A stretch of DNA of 64,000 nt from Eledone cirrhosa (lineage: Eukaryota), in the NCBI GenBank assembly GCA_964016885.1, contig OZ024740.1:83824001-83888000 (forward strand), read 5' to 3'. The number at the start of each line of letters is the position of its first letter. The stretch's first letter is position 1. The notes below the pieces were generated by a model. The model did no database searches and was not told the DNA's origin. It was given only the letters and a program-made list of their open reading frames with translations. Below, piece after piece: positions 27,468 through 41,500 of this stretch. A program made the translations under genes and the position numbers.

Positions 27468-27729
27468 TATATAATATGAAACGAAAAAATCAGTGATGCA
27501 TCTGAACTCAATTTATTGTGTTACAGCTCAATTTCGGAGCAAATTCGTTCACTGGGTTATTACCGTCAAAAACTCCATCCTCTTCACGCGTCCTATTATT
27601 GGCCGATGGTTGTCTACGTCATCATAATTCTGACCACAGGTATCGTTCGGCTGACCATCAGCTGTCCCATGACAACCACACTTCAATAAATTACTGCTGG
27701 GTTTGGTAATTCACACGTCCACGCGCGCA

Positions 27730-27771
<42 letters not shown>

Positions 27772-28488
27772 AACATTGATAACGGCAGTCGTACGTATAG
27801 ACTCCCGCTATACACACACATTTAAGAACATATAAACCTATAAACATACGCATACACAATGTATTTTCCGTATACAGACCCACGTGTGTATCTCATACTT
27901 CTCATGTGTACTATCTCATATGCATACACGTTCCTTCTTTTTGTATATATTTTCTTTTTTTTATATATTTTCCGCACGCATTTTCTATGTACGGTCTGCG
28001 CATACTATTTACTGTAATACCATTATGTGGCTTTGCGTGAGGATTCCATATGTGGTTTGATCCATGTTCGCAACGTAACAACATCTCTTTAGACACATAC
28101 AGCTGGGCGCACCCTTTCATGTATAGCACACTGTGTATCTCTATGTGACGTTATATCTATATTTTTAATATATTTTATATTTCTTTTATATATGTGTATA
28201 TATGTATGTGTATATGTATATGTGTATATATGTATGTATATATATATATAGATATGTATATGGTTATGTTGTTTATATATGTGCATGTTTATAGCAAGGT
28301 GCGTCCTTTCATGTATGACCCATTGTGTATCTTTATATGACTGTGTGTGTATATCCTATTTGTGTATATATATATATATGTATCTTTTTATGCGTGCGTG
28401 GACGTGTATGTGAATATGCGCATATTTGTAAGAGTTTATATGAGCCAGTGTGTGTGTACAAGCACCCACTGTAAGAAAAGGGCTTGTT

Positions 28489-28539
<51 letters not shown>

Positions 28540-29218
28540 ATTAGCGAGCTAGTGTGTATCTGTGCCGTATATATGGATACGTATGTATACGTGTGTGTAT
28601 GTGTGTGTGCATGGGGGAAAAAGAACGGGGGGTCTATGTATATGTCTGTACGTGTTTGCGTGTACGGGTATATATAGGAGTATGCATGTGTTGGGTGTGC
28701 GCCTGTGTGTGTATGTGTTGATGTATATAGGCATATAGGCATGCCTTTGTGTATGCGTATGCTTATAGGTTTATATGTTCTCCTTAAATGTGTGTGTATA
28801 GCGCGAGTCTATACGTACGACTGTCGTTATCTATGTCATTGTATGTGTGTGTGTATGTGTATGTGTGTGTGAGTGCGCGCGTGGACGTGTGAACTACCAA
28901 ACCCAGCAGTAATTCATTGAAGTGTGCCAGACACGGGACAGCTGATGGTCAGCCGAACGATACCCGAAGGTCAGAATTATGATGCATAGACAACCAGCGG
29001 CCAATAACAGGACGTGTGGAGGGGATTAAGTTTTTGATGGTAATACCCCAGTGAAAGAATTTGCTCCGAAATCATTAGACGTGTCCGTCGATCCTGCGGG
29101 TCCAGAATCAGACAGATCCACACAATGATCGTGTCTCGAGCTGTCCGCCGGCGAAACAATTGTAACACACAATAAATTGAGTTCAGATGCATCACTGATT
29201 TTTTCGTTTTATATTATA
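27468..29218. repeat. Large diverged inverted repeat (~400-470-bp arms, ~890-bp microsatellite-rich spacer)
   Basis: 27468-27858 is the reverse complement of 28748-29218 (e.g. tatcgttcggctgaccatcagctgtccc / gggacagctgatggtcagccgaacgata). The right arm has ~85 bp extra containing a degenerate hammerhead (29081-29168). Confidence 0.85.
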
Positions 29219-29431
29219 TCATACTCTGCTCTGTAAGAGAATAGAGTGGTCAACCAGCATACCGCCTATGTAAGCATCTTAGCTACCTTCAGACATATAT
29301 ATATATAGGAAAAAGTATGACTCTGACGGCAGAGCTCAAGCCGTTTCGACGGCTATTTCCCACTCTACTACCCTAATTATTGAGTACTCTGGTGCGTTAT
29401 GGTCCATGTGGTTCCTTACCACAATTCCTTT

Positions 29432-29479
<48 letters not shown>

Positions 29480-29607
29480 CGCGTATGTGTATGTGTGTGT
29501 GTTTATGTATGTAGATATAGGAAAATGCATAAACATAAATATATGCTCATGTTAGTAAACATGTTTATATTTTTATATCTATCTATCTATCTCGCTATAT
29601 ATATATA

Positions 29608-32600
29608 CTAGCATTAAAGCCCGGCGTTGCTCGGGGTCAGTAATTTACCAAAGTTAGGTTGCACCACCCATTTTATTTCAGCAATTTTTGTCTGCCAGGC
29701 ACTGGGTGAATGAATTGCAGACCTGGACTGCCGAAGCAGGAGCTGCGCCAGCAGTGACAATTGTAGTTTCGGCTAGTGATATTATCTCTGTGCAAATAAG
29801 TGTTGAAATGTATTGTTTCACAGTACTTGCGCAACACGCGCGTAGACGATGCCAGCCGATCAAGAGCTGCGATGGAGTTATTCTGCATGGCATGTTTTAA
29901 CGGGGAAGGGGGCGGAATGAGGGAACCGCAAACAGGGCCTGAAAAGATTGTCGAATTATGACAACCAAAAAAGAGGAAGATGGGTCATTGTATGGTTGGT
30001 GCATCATGTACGTCGGACGTAGAAGATGAGCCTGCTACTGTGCCGATGGAGAGAGGGAAATAGAGCTGATCGGAGGCCAGGTGTTGCTGAAGTGTGAAGT
30101 AATTGCAGGGAACCGCCTAAAAATGTAAATCCCGTCATTAAAGCATTGTTAACCCTTTGAAAATCGTACGGAGGTGAAATACTAACCTGTCCACGATCCT
30201 CCGAGGCCCACCAAACGGGGGTTGGTGAGGAGCAACAGCTGATATTTGAGTAGGGTCGGAGTTGCAATGAAGCTTTGTAACGCCGCGAGAATCAGCCTTT
30301 GTACGCCGATGGTTGGGAGTCTAGTGCACTGCAGTGAAGGCTAACCTACTTAGAAAGTGCTCACGAAAAGGCAAAAAATAAAAAAATAAAAAGTTATAAA
30401 ATTAGGAAGCGAGGTAATCCTATAAAACCTCCTTGTACACAATGTTTTTTTGTTTTTCCTTGCGGAACGAACGCGAAATCATCACTCTTGCTGCCGACAC
30501 GCGAGCAGCCAACGTAAAGCTGACGATGAGAGAAACAAGGCTCCCCCAAATGTATTCCCGCGACAGACAGTGTTTGCTCCTGCGCTTTGTTAATTGTCAT
30601 TGCGAAGCATGGCCTGACTGGGAACTGGGACTTCCGAAATGTGAAAGGTAGGTCTGCTCATGATGGGAAAAGATGCATCCTCCGTATGAGAACAACCTTT
30701 CCCCGACCACACCCTGTGATTATCGCGGCCTCAATCAGATTGGGAGCTAAGGACTTAACGACCAAACATGTGCCATTGCATTGTTTCGGCGGAACCAAAT
30801 TTAGAATGAGCATTATAGGGGCACCAGCTTTAAGTTTCAAAATGTGTGAGGGTAATCCGGGGGGCTCAAAGGAATTTAGTACCTCTGTTGGATAGTTGAT
30901 GACGTCATCGGGGTCAGGAGTTCTTTCGATAAACTTATATACGTAGCCATTCCCAGGAATGAGTTTTAGCATTTGATTATTAATATGGTTAACAGTTTTA
31001 TTCCTCGGGGCCAGAATAGCCCTTTGGGCAAGCCAATCCATATTCTGATAATTTGCTTGGAGATCTGGGAACACTGCATCCCTGAGATCAGAAGGCGTAC
31101 TAACAACGGTAAAAAGTGAGTCGATGACAATATTACCCTTTTCATACCCGGGCGTTTTGCCTTCGCCAAGTGCAAGGAGGGTGTGAGAAAATACTGCTGA
31201 TGCGATATCACCTCGCATATAAGCACGCATGTTAGTGTTAAGTTTCAGAGTCTTCACCAGGGGCCACAATGCGTATGACTTAAGACACGCGCGTACTGCA
31301 TCAGCTCTAGTCCCCTTGGGAATAACAGGAAGCGTTTGCCTGAAGACCCCCTGAAAGAAGAAGTGTTATGCCACCCATGGGAGCCGTAGAGTCTTTGAAT
31401 TCTCTCAGAGTTCTATCTAGCGCCTCAAGAGCACCTCTGTGGGCCATCGTGCATTCGTCCCAAACGATAAGCTTGCATCGTCTGAACACTTCTGCCTGAT
31501 CGGAGCTCTTACTGATGTTGGAAGTGGGTGTCTCAGTCTTCGCTAAGTCAAGCGGGAGCTTGAAATAGGAGTGAGCTGTCCTGCCGCCCGGCAGCAAATC
31601 CGAAGACAGAGTGTTTGCGCCTTCCCGGTTTGTTGAAGGTAGGCCATACACCGCCAACGCACTACCGCCCATATCGAGAACAGTATCTTCGATTTCAAGC
31701 AGCGCCCTGTTGTAAATGAGGTCACTGTACCCGACCTCCATCGATGGGTTTAGCAACTGAGCGTGACGCAGGAAATCTTCAGACATGTAGTCTTTGTAGC
31801 TAAGCCATAAAGAGGCCGGATCACCCAAGTCGCACTATAGGAGTAGAATAGCGAAAAGCGATCTTAGTCTTTTAGGAGATTTCAACAAAACGCCCTCTGC
31901 CATAGTGGCGCCCCATTTTGAATCATCCTCCAAAAGGCCACGCCTAAAGCAGGCTTCCAGGAAAGTAGCACATAATTCACCGTAAACAGTTCTTATGGCT
32001 CGAAAGTTTTGTTGCCCAAAAACCTCATGGAGGGAAGGCGCAGGTGAAAACACTCATGTTGGTTGGGAGGTACAGTGTACACTCTTCCTCGACAACTGTC
32101 AAACTTGACACCAGGATGTCCTTCAACATCCTGACCCGACTTCCTACGCACCCAAGTGTTGTTTGACCGCACGTAGTAGGACGGGGCCTGAGGATATGAA
32201 AGTGTTTTGGCAAATGTGTCAAGTTGGCAAAGCGTAAAAAAAGCAGTCAAAGTTGTTTCTTTTGGATTGGCCGCCAAATGAGCAGCAGTCTGTTCAGTAA
32301 AGTAAGCCGCTGTCCGTTTTCCAAATGAACCGCTAGTTGTATGATGGCGGGGTGCCTTTGGTGAAGTGGAAACCCGAATAACCGCCAAAAAGCTTCACCA
32401 CTGCTGATATATCGACCTGCCAAGTACTCCGACACCTCGTCCCTGCTATTGTCGTTTTGAAGGCCGAACATGGCAGCGTCGGAACCCTTGTTAACATATT
32501 TACATATATACTTTATCGACTTCACTGAATGACAGAACTCCACATTTATGTGAGCGTTGAAAGTTTTCATCAGAAATGGACAGTACGGGACCACCCACCT

Positions 32601-35600
32601 ATTATCAACTTGATGACCCCGTAACGTCATAGTAAATCCACCGTTCTCAGGCCGCCTTCGTCTGTACAGTGGGTATCCGTCGCCGCCGGTCTGGGTCTCC
32701 TCAACGAACCACTTTGGGTATCGATTAGTGCACACATGGTCTTTGTAGCATGAGGAGAACTCTTGATAACCGGGACCGCGCGGACCGTGCGCCATGTGTG
32801 CCTTCACAATGTCGTACAGTTGCCGGTCAACAACTGGGTCCGGTATTTCCGCTGCGATGACGTCATCTAGAACTGTCGGGTAGATTTTGGTGACCAACCA
32901 AACCAAAATGTGCGCGTGTGGCAATCCTATCTTCTGCCACTCAACAGTAAACATGTGGCACCTAACAGGCCCGAAAACCTGCCCTTTTTGTATTAGATCA
33001 ATTAGCTTAGCCAGCTTCTGCTTGAAAATCCTGGCAATAATATCATGCCGATGGCAGTATTGCTGCCCTGGGATAAGTTCCTGCGTAACCTCAACCCACT
33101 TGGGGTTATACGTAAACATGATGAATAAATCGGGGCGCCCATAATGCCGAACGAACGTCATAGCGTCCAGTGTTCGCTCGTGCATGTACCGCAACGTATA
33201 GGTTGAGGGGAGAATGCACATTTTGCCGAAGTTTCGGGGGTCAGTGACATTCCTGATGCCGTCACGCAAATGGATGTAGGAGTCTGAGCGCAGCTGCTTC
33301 TGATTCAATTTTATGAAGCAGTCTCTCCGACTCCATCTTTACAGCCATGTCAACTGCAAACTGGTGAAACAGTTCCCGTGACCTGTGCAGGGTGCTGAAA
33401 TCGTTAGGCTTCGTCATGAGCGGTATGAGTATAAAGCTATACATGAAACAGTTTTAGATGTCACAGCAGTGGGCTCGTTTGGTTTGCGCTGAGGAATGCC
33501 GAAATGGTACCCGTCTTCTCCGTATGCAAAAAGAAGGGCATACTGCAGGGCGTCATATGAACGATGCGTCTCATTAATACGTCGAAGACCACTGTCACGT
33601 CTTTGAAGAACTATGTCTCGCTTATTGTGCTGTTCACCATGGAGAACTATGGCCACTTCATTGCACAAAGGAGCGTTATAACGGCGTGCTCCCCAGAGGG
33701 TATTTTGTCAGCATCGATGACAATGGTGAAGTTTGGTGAAGGCGTATTTGAAACTGCGAATATAACTGTTGTGCTCATGAAGCATGTTTTGAAGACCGAG
33801 CAGCACGTCCCTGTCAAAAGTGTCAGCGTCAGTGTTTGCAGGTGTTGGAATAACGCCGAACCGTACATCAACTTGCCTACTGTAGTTAGAAATGAAGTCA
33901 ATTTGAAGGAACGAAGGCTTGCAATTTTGTAGTGGCTGGAGCGACCCAATAAGATGGTACACCTGCCCCTGGACCTTGAAAGTAGGCATCCAACCACTTT
34001 CTCTGACAACGTTAGCCCCGAAAGAAGTCATTTGAAACGCACAATTGTACTTCCTGATGAGTTGAAGGAATTTGGGTGACCTTGACGTAGAACCAGTAAA
34101 TAGTTCCTTCAAAGTCTCTGGCGGTTCCCCCAGTGGGGGCAAGCTGACCTTACTGTTTAAGCAGCACATTGCAGGTGGCTCCCTAGCCCACTTTTTAGCA
34201 TTGCAGAATTGGCAATTGAAGCGCATTTACCCTATATTTATGTCGGCGCGCATCGAGTAGTTAACGTTGGTCTCATACTTGAAAGCCCGTTGGTGCCAGT
34301 ATGGGCTGTTGGGGCTCGTCACACCACGGGCAGCTTCTCGTCGTCGACTGTTCCGCTCCAACGTAGAATGTTGCTCCTGTGGGTCGTGGTAAGCTCTCGC
34401 AGCAGTAGCAAAAGCCACCCTTGCAATCCTAATGGACCGCCCGTCTGCATCTTCAAAAGCCATGGAAGCAGTCATAGCCGCAGCGTTCCTGGCAAGGCGA
34501 TTCGTCCGCCGTTCCAAATCTTCCGAAGCCCTGGAAGCAGCAGAAGCAGCAGTAGCCGCAGCGTTTCTAGTCAGTCGAGTCGCCCTTTGCTCCTGGCCCT
34601 CTGAAGCCCTGGAAGCTGCAGTAGCAGCAGCGTTTCTATTCAAGCAAGTCGACCATTTTTGCGGGCCCTCTGAAGCACTGGAAGCAGCAGTAGCAGCAGC
34701 GTTTCTAGCCAGGCGACTTGACCTTTGTTCCGGGCCCTCTGAAGCCCTGGAAGCAGCAGTAGAAGCATTGTTTTGGGAATGACGTATCGCTCGATCTGAA
34801 TCGCATGTCGCAGCACGTCTCAAGGCGTCGTATGAAGCCATCTTTGCTAGGCGTGCGGTGCGTTGTTGAAAACTTTCAGCAGCTCTGCATTATGCTGAAC
34901 GTAAGGCGCTCTGTGAAAGTCTTAAAGCAGTTTCCTCGGGGGACACGTTTGCTGTAATCGCCCTCTGCGACGCCGCTGACGAGGAATGGCGACCGAGGCG
35001 ACTTCTATTTTTAGGTGGCATTTTATGTGAAAAGGAAAGGGTAAAAGTTACTTCTACAGCAAAATTGCGTTTGAAAGTATAAGGCTGAAAACTGTAGGCG
35101 TTCCGCAGGGGAAAAAATGGGAGAACCAACGGCAAATAAATAACTCACAGTTTGTTGAAAGCGCGCTTCTGTCAGCAAGTGGAAGTTGTTTGGCCCAAAA
35201 TCCCTATGTTGTTTTTTTTTTCACTCAATAAACGTTTAAATATGTTATACACAAAATGTAATTAGGTGTGAGTTGACTGAGAGATGTTTTAAAAAAGATT
35301 TGTCGCTATTTTTGGGGGGTTGAGAGATGTTTTAAAAAAGAGAAATGTAATAAGTTTTCTTCGTTGTCATTGAAGTAAATAAATGTCGCGTTCCCAACAG
35401 ACTCGGAAGCGAATATAAGAGAAGGTTGCCGCATATATGTATTTTTTTTTCGATTTTTAAGGGGAGTAGAGAGAGGAATTCAGATTGTATTAGAGGGGTA
35501 AAGCGTATTTAGTTTTCTCGATTATTTCCGTAATTAAACCATTTACAACATTCTTACAGACATTGAGTCGAATCGGTTTGAAATTGTGCAAATGTATAAA

Positions 35601-35653
35601 CATGGAACATGCACACTCACACACACACACAACAACAATCTGTCTTTTATAGA
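29608..35653 (-). mobile_element. Helitron, both termini present, RepHel decayed
   Basis: 5' end A|TCTATAAAAG at 35653; 3' end GC hairpin cccgagcaacgccggg then CTAG|T at 29608. Rep motifs PDLFIMFTYNPKW, VEWQKIGLPHAHIL (HUH), SIKYICKYVNKG (Y2). PIF1 helicase motifs GGRTAHS, VWDECTM, AILAPRN, MTINKAQ, FSHRQLYVGCSRV. Confidence 0.93.
30394..35021 (-). pseudogene. Helitron RepHel (STPR-like repeats, Cys motif, HUH Rep, PIF1-like helicase), frameshifted
   Basis: Chain of ORFs 34890-35135, 34227-34841, 33708-34226, 33414-33668, 32247-33308, 31835-32222, 31307-31828, 30658-31269, 30394-30600. Confidence 0.88.
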
Positions 35654-35657
35654 TATG

Positions 35658-35688
<31 letters not shown>

Positions 35689-35698
35689 GGGGGCGGTG

Positions 35699-35739
<41 letters not shown>

Positions 35740-36666
35740 AATTTGAAGACTAAAATCCAAAGAGAGCTCGATAACGATAAATATATATCAAATATATAAG
35801 AACCGTAGAGCAAATATTTCACGCGCCGAATAATAACGTATTATCTTCGTTTTTTTCCGTTCTTCGCCAGGGAACGTTTCCACGAACCAAAGTATCGTCT
35901 TCCTGTCTTCTTTCGGTTGCAACGGTTTTTGAAATATTTACTTCTGCGTTCACAGATTGACTTTTTTAGTTTCAGAAGATCCCGTTAAGGGTGAAAGCAG
36001 CAATTCTTTGCTTAAACTTTAATTTGTTATTTTAATAAATATATATATGTGTATATATATACGTGCAAATAAGCAAGTAGGACCATTAAATACATGAATC
36101 TGAACCTAGATATACCTAAGAGAAACGGAAAGTAAATACAGAATACCCTATACTTGAATAATACACCATAAAAACAAACCGAATATTGAACTAAATGTCT
36201 ATACTAGAACTAAGACATTCTCACTACCTCAGACATAAACCATATTTCGCAAACCCTGATTTTATGTGGGTGACGGGCTTTTCCAAGCTGCACCCCTCAA
36301 ATTAGACAATTTCTGTATATGAATAGACATTAAACAATATCCATTATTATCTGAAACGACTACGACCCCATTGCGTAACATATACCAACTTTACTAATGT
36401 CATGACTAAATAATAAATATATTTACACGTTAGAGTGCTATTCCGCCTGGCAAACGAATATCACTGCAGCGATATTTAGTCCAAATTAAACCCAACCAGA
36501 ACCATTTAATTCCAAAAATGTTTTAAATGCATCAAGCACAAACTACTTTAGAAAACTTGATCTGAAATTTAAATTTATAAAAGTTGTGAAAAAAAAAGAA
36601 ATAAGGAAACTCAAACTCCTATATTCAAACAACAATGAAAAGTCCCAAAACTAATATTACACATAG

Positions 36667-36722
<56 letters not shown>

Positions 36723-36815
36723 TATATGAAAAGATTCAGGAACCCGACGGCTGAGCTCCGGCCATTTCGACAGCTAGATCCGAAACGGAAAACTAAGTTC
36801 GGACCTTTTCATATT

Positions 36816-36906
<91 letters not shown>

Positions 36907-37379
36907 TGGGAGAGAGAGAGCGGGAGAGGGAGGCACAGAAGGACCCAGAGAGAGATACACGTACGTATGTATATATCTGTACACATATATATGTGTGTAT
37001 GAGTGTATGTCTGTATACACAATACAATATATTTTCTTATCAATTATCTGATATATTTACTCTCATTCACTTAATGTTTTTTTAGGGCTGGGAGGGGGTG
37101 TCTTCCATATGACCTGCTTACTCATCTGTTTAAAAGAATCTAATCCCTTGTTTCTGGTGTAAAACAGCAGAACATATGTACTTTTCAAGCGTATTGTTAT
37201 GGATTTACATAATTCCATCGATTAGTCAGTACACCATAGCACAGTAAAAAGGATTAGATAATTATTTCTCCTTGCTTTCTTATTCTTTCATTGTTTTGCA
37301 TTATATATAAGATTCCGTAGTTTTCAAAATATAACGATATGAAAGAGGTTACATCATTTCACAGAAACAAGTAACACTA

Positions 37380-37637
37380 TAGATATGTGTGTGTGTTTAT
37401 GTGTGTGTGTTTGTGTGTATGTGTTTGTTTGTGTGTGTGTATGTGCGTGTATGTTTGTGTGTGTATCGTGTGTGTGTCTGTGTGGTGTTCGTGTGTGTAT
37501 ATGTGTGGTGTGTGTGTGTGTATGTGTGTGTATGTATGTGTGTTTGTATGTATGTGTGTGTATGTGTGTGTGTATGCGTGTGTGTGTGTGTGCATGTGTG
37601 CGTGTGTGCGTGTGTGTGCGTGTGTGTGTGTGTGTGC
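37380..37637. repeat. Degenerate (TG)n microsatellite
   Basis: Directly visible. Confidence 0.9.
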
Positions 37638-37846
37638 GTTTCGCTTTCGATTTCAAGTTCGATTATGAAAAAAATGTGGTGCAAATCTGACACCTATAAT
37701 TGAAATCAATTTAGTAGTGCCCCATTTGTAAGAACGGCAGGTGACTCTACTTATACTGTATCGAGGTTTATGACATTAAATGTATTTATCACAAACTCAG
37801 ATCCACGCATATATATATACATACATACGTACATACATGCATACAT

Positions 37847-38434
37847 GGTGGCTGCCAACTCGTTTTCGAGTACGGCCACTACTTTATATCCATGTAGGAG
37901 AACTCCTACCGATGCGCTGAACGAGTGTGACTTTTTAATCCAGCCAGCGACTTGAAAACTCTGGTACAACACTGGTACTACACTTGTGACAACTATTGAC
38001 ACATAGTGCTGGGCACTTGGTACCATGTGACGACAAGTGCAGAGAGATCTCCAGATATAAAGATATAAAGATCTCCAGATATAAAGCAATGCCTGTGCCG
38101 TGAAGATTTTATAGTGAGCAAAGGCACTGCACAAAGCCAGTCCCACTCTCTTAACCAAGATGATATTTACCAAAAAGAAGAACAAGTCAACATCATTGGC
38201 TACCATCAGGGTTGCAGGTGTTATATCAGAGTTTTCCTTCTCCTAGAATTCTGCCTTGACAAAGGCTAAGCGGTCATCTCTCCCGGTGATTTTGGATGGC
38301 CATTGACTCTTAAGAGCTCCTTTGCCCTTTGACAGGTTTTGTTTTTAGTCCTGCAGGATGTCCAAAGTCACCCTCCTCACCAAGAAACCTTGGTGGGGTT
38401 GCCAGTTTAGTCGCCAACGGCCCGACCATGGGAC
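37847..38434 (-). mobile_element. Bipartite RTE-derived non-autonomous element, copy 1 (slightly 5'-truncated), (TATG)n tail
   Basis: 5' part has the RTE 5'UTR-like ggcagaattctaggagaaggaaaactctga. 3' part encodes C2H2-like CTRVFKSLAGLKSHTR. Same sequence recurs at 43364 and 44073. Confidence 0.7.
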
Positions 38435-38536
38435 ATACATACATACATACATACATACATGTATGTATGTATCTATGCATACATACATACATACATACAT
38501 ACATACATACATACATACATACATACATACATACAT

Positions 38537-41500
38537 AAAATGGCGACCGTTGTGGTCAGTGTCCGATAATCGGACGTGTGTAATTACGGCTTACATGAAG
38601 GCAACATACCATATATTGGAAAAAGTTGAGCTACATTACGCGGTAAGATTACATACAATAATTCTACATAAGTGTTTGAACTGTAAGTGTGTTGTAAAAC
38701 ACCTATTTATATGAACGATACATACACTTATGATATATGAACGATACATACACTTTAACATATAAATGCAACGTTGTTATATTACATTTATAAAGAAATA
38801 TTACATTTATATAAAACACAGTTGTAGAATTAAAAACTAACTGAAAAGAAATATTACTCAAGCTGTGAATAACTTTAAATTTGATTCTGACAGAACTTTG
38901 TCGTAACTTTTAAAGAAGATCATCGACTATTTTGAAAAATAAATACGAAATATTAGTGAATAGACGAACTCATCATGGCAAAAAGTACAAGTCTCCTTCG
39001 ACCAAATCGCAATTACAACCGTTGTACACAGTGGACCTACGAGCTTAACAAAGTATTATATGAAGCATACAAACAATCTGAACCCCAAAAGTTCGGTTTT
39101 ATGCAAAGGCTAAAAACTTTATGGAACTCCAAACACCCAGAATTAGACTTTTCTCCAAAGCATTTAAATGAACAGGCAAAACGTATCATTAGATGTAAAT
39201 TGATACATCTAACGGAATCGAGTGATACTACAAATACAGCCCTTGTAGACAACCACCCCACCTCCACTGACAGACAAAGAGAATGGCCAGCTAAATCTAA
39301 CAGTGAACAGCTCACCAACAATTTTGCTGAAATTCATCCCACTTCCACTGAAGAACATCGAGAAAGGTCAGCTGACTCTAGTAGTAATTGTCACCACATC
39401 AACAACGAGGCTGAAATTCATGACTCTACTGAACAAACAGAGCACCAAAAACTTGTGGGCTCCCTACAAGTGATATGGAATATGTTTCAAGAGATACACA
39501 GCCTTAATGTGAGTGACAGACCATACAACACTAGAGTCAGTAAAGAACCCACTAAATTGGAATTGGAAGCGGTGAACGAAATAGCTGGCAATTATCTGAA
39601 GGCTATACGATCTAAAGGTGTAGAAACGACATTTGAAACGCTTAATGTTTTGTTATATGTTTCAGCTGTCACATTGCTAGCATATAACACACATCTAAAA
39701 CCACGCAATCAAGATACAAACAGAAAGCCTGAACCAGCGTGGATGCGAAATTTAAAAACCAAAATTTTGTCCCTGAGACGAAGTATCTCACACATCGCAG
39801 TCGTTATGAAATGCAACATAGAGAGCAACTTCACACAACACCAGGAAGACCTAAAGAAAAAGTTAGAGAGAAGATTTGGAGATACAAAATTTAAAACTTT
39901 GAACTCCAAATTACACCAGTTGAAACAACAACTCACAGCTACAACAGAAAGACTAAAATATAAGTCAACAGCACATAAACGACAAGTGCTAAATAGATTG
40001 TTTGCCAGAGATCCTAAATCAGTTTATCGCAGCTTCGGTGGCAAAAGCTCAATCTCTGTAAATGACACCCCTTCAAAAGAACAGGTTGAGAGCTACTGGA
40101 GATCTGTATGGGAAACGGATGACGGATTCAACAGACAAGCTAATTGGCTAAAAGAACTGGAACAGGACTACTGCCAACATGTCCAGACAAAACAATATGA
40201 CATAGATGGGTCAATACTGGAAACAGCTCTACAGAAAATGTCGAATAGGAAATCGCCAGGCCCAGACCTCATTACAGGATACTGGTTGAAGAATTTCACT
40301 TTCTATCGGCAAGATCTCATACGGCTGTTTACAGAAACCATTAAGGGCACACAAGAACTGCCCAGATGGTTATCAACTGCCTCTACTCTCCTCATTCCCA
40401 AAAATAGCCAAACCACCCTTGCTAAAAATTACCGCCCAATTTCCTGCCAAAACATCATGTATAAATTATATACTGGGTGCCTTAACCTGTTCTTACAGGA
40501 TCACTGTGCTACCAACAACATCATAACACCTGAGCAAGCTGGTGGAAAGAGGGAGGTGTGGGGTTGCATAGATCACCTACTAACTAACAAAATGATTCAG
40601 GAAAAAACAACAAAGAATCGCAGAAACATGACTGTCGTGTGGCTGGACTATCAAAAAGCATTTGATAGTGTACCTCATGGGTGGATTGTTAAGGCTTTAC
40701 AGTTAGCTAAAGTCCCACAACCATTGGTAGCTGCTGTTGAACGCCTGACCAAGAACTGGTACACCAGTTTGATCCTTAGAGGTGAGAAGGAGCAGGTTAA
40801 GACTGATAAGATACATTACCAGAAGGGCATCTTTCAGGGTGATAGCTTGTCAGTGCTACTCTTCGTTCTCTCACTGAATCCACTATCTTACCTACTCAGG
40901 AAACAAGGTCGACAAAGAAGTGGGACCAGAAGTATCTCCCATCTTTTCTTTGTTGATGACCTGAAGTTGTATGGGCCAAATATCAATGACATCAAGAAAC
41001 AATTGGACCTCATTACACAATTTTCAACCGACATCAAAATGAAATTTGGTGAGTCCAAGTGTGCATATTTGGCAGTAAAACGTGGAAGAGCTGTGCCCTC
41101 CTCTAGAAATCTAGAGATGAACGGCCTGACAATACAACCTCTGCAGTCAGGTGACAACTACAGATATCTTGGACAGGATGAGAATGTCAGATATGATGGA
41201 CCCATAAATAAGGAGAGAACCAGAACTGAATACCTCAGAAGAGTAAAGAAAATATGGTCATCAGAACTGTCAGCATACAACAAATACATTGCCCACAATA
41301 CTTATGCTGTGCCAATTCTAACGCCAACATTTGGCCTACTGAACTGGTCATTGCAAGAACTAAGTGAGATGGATGTTAGAACTCGAAAACTTCTCAGTGT
41401 TACTGGGAACTTTAACATCAATGGTGATGTGGATAGGCTATACTTCTCACGCAAGGAAGGTGGCCGGGGTCTAAAATCAATATTAACAACATATGAGACC

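Noticed and set aside
36100-36600. Possible Penelope GIY-YIG C-terminal remnant upstream of a half hammerhead
   Set aside because: Only a weak ESAI-like match; too decayed to support.
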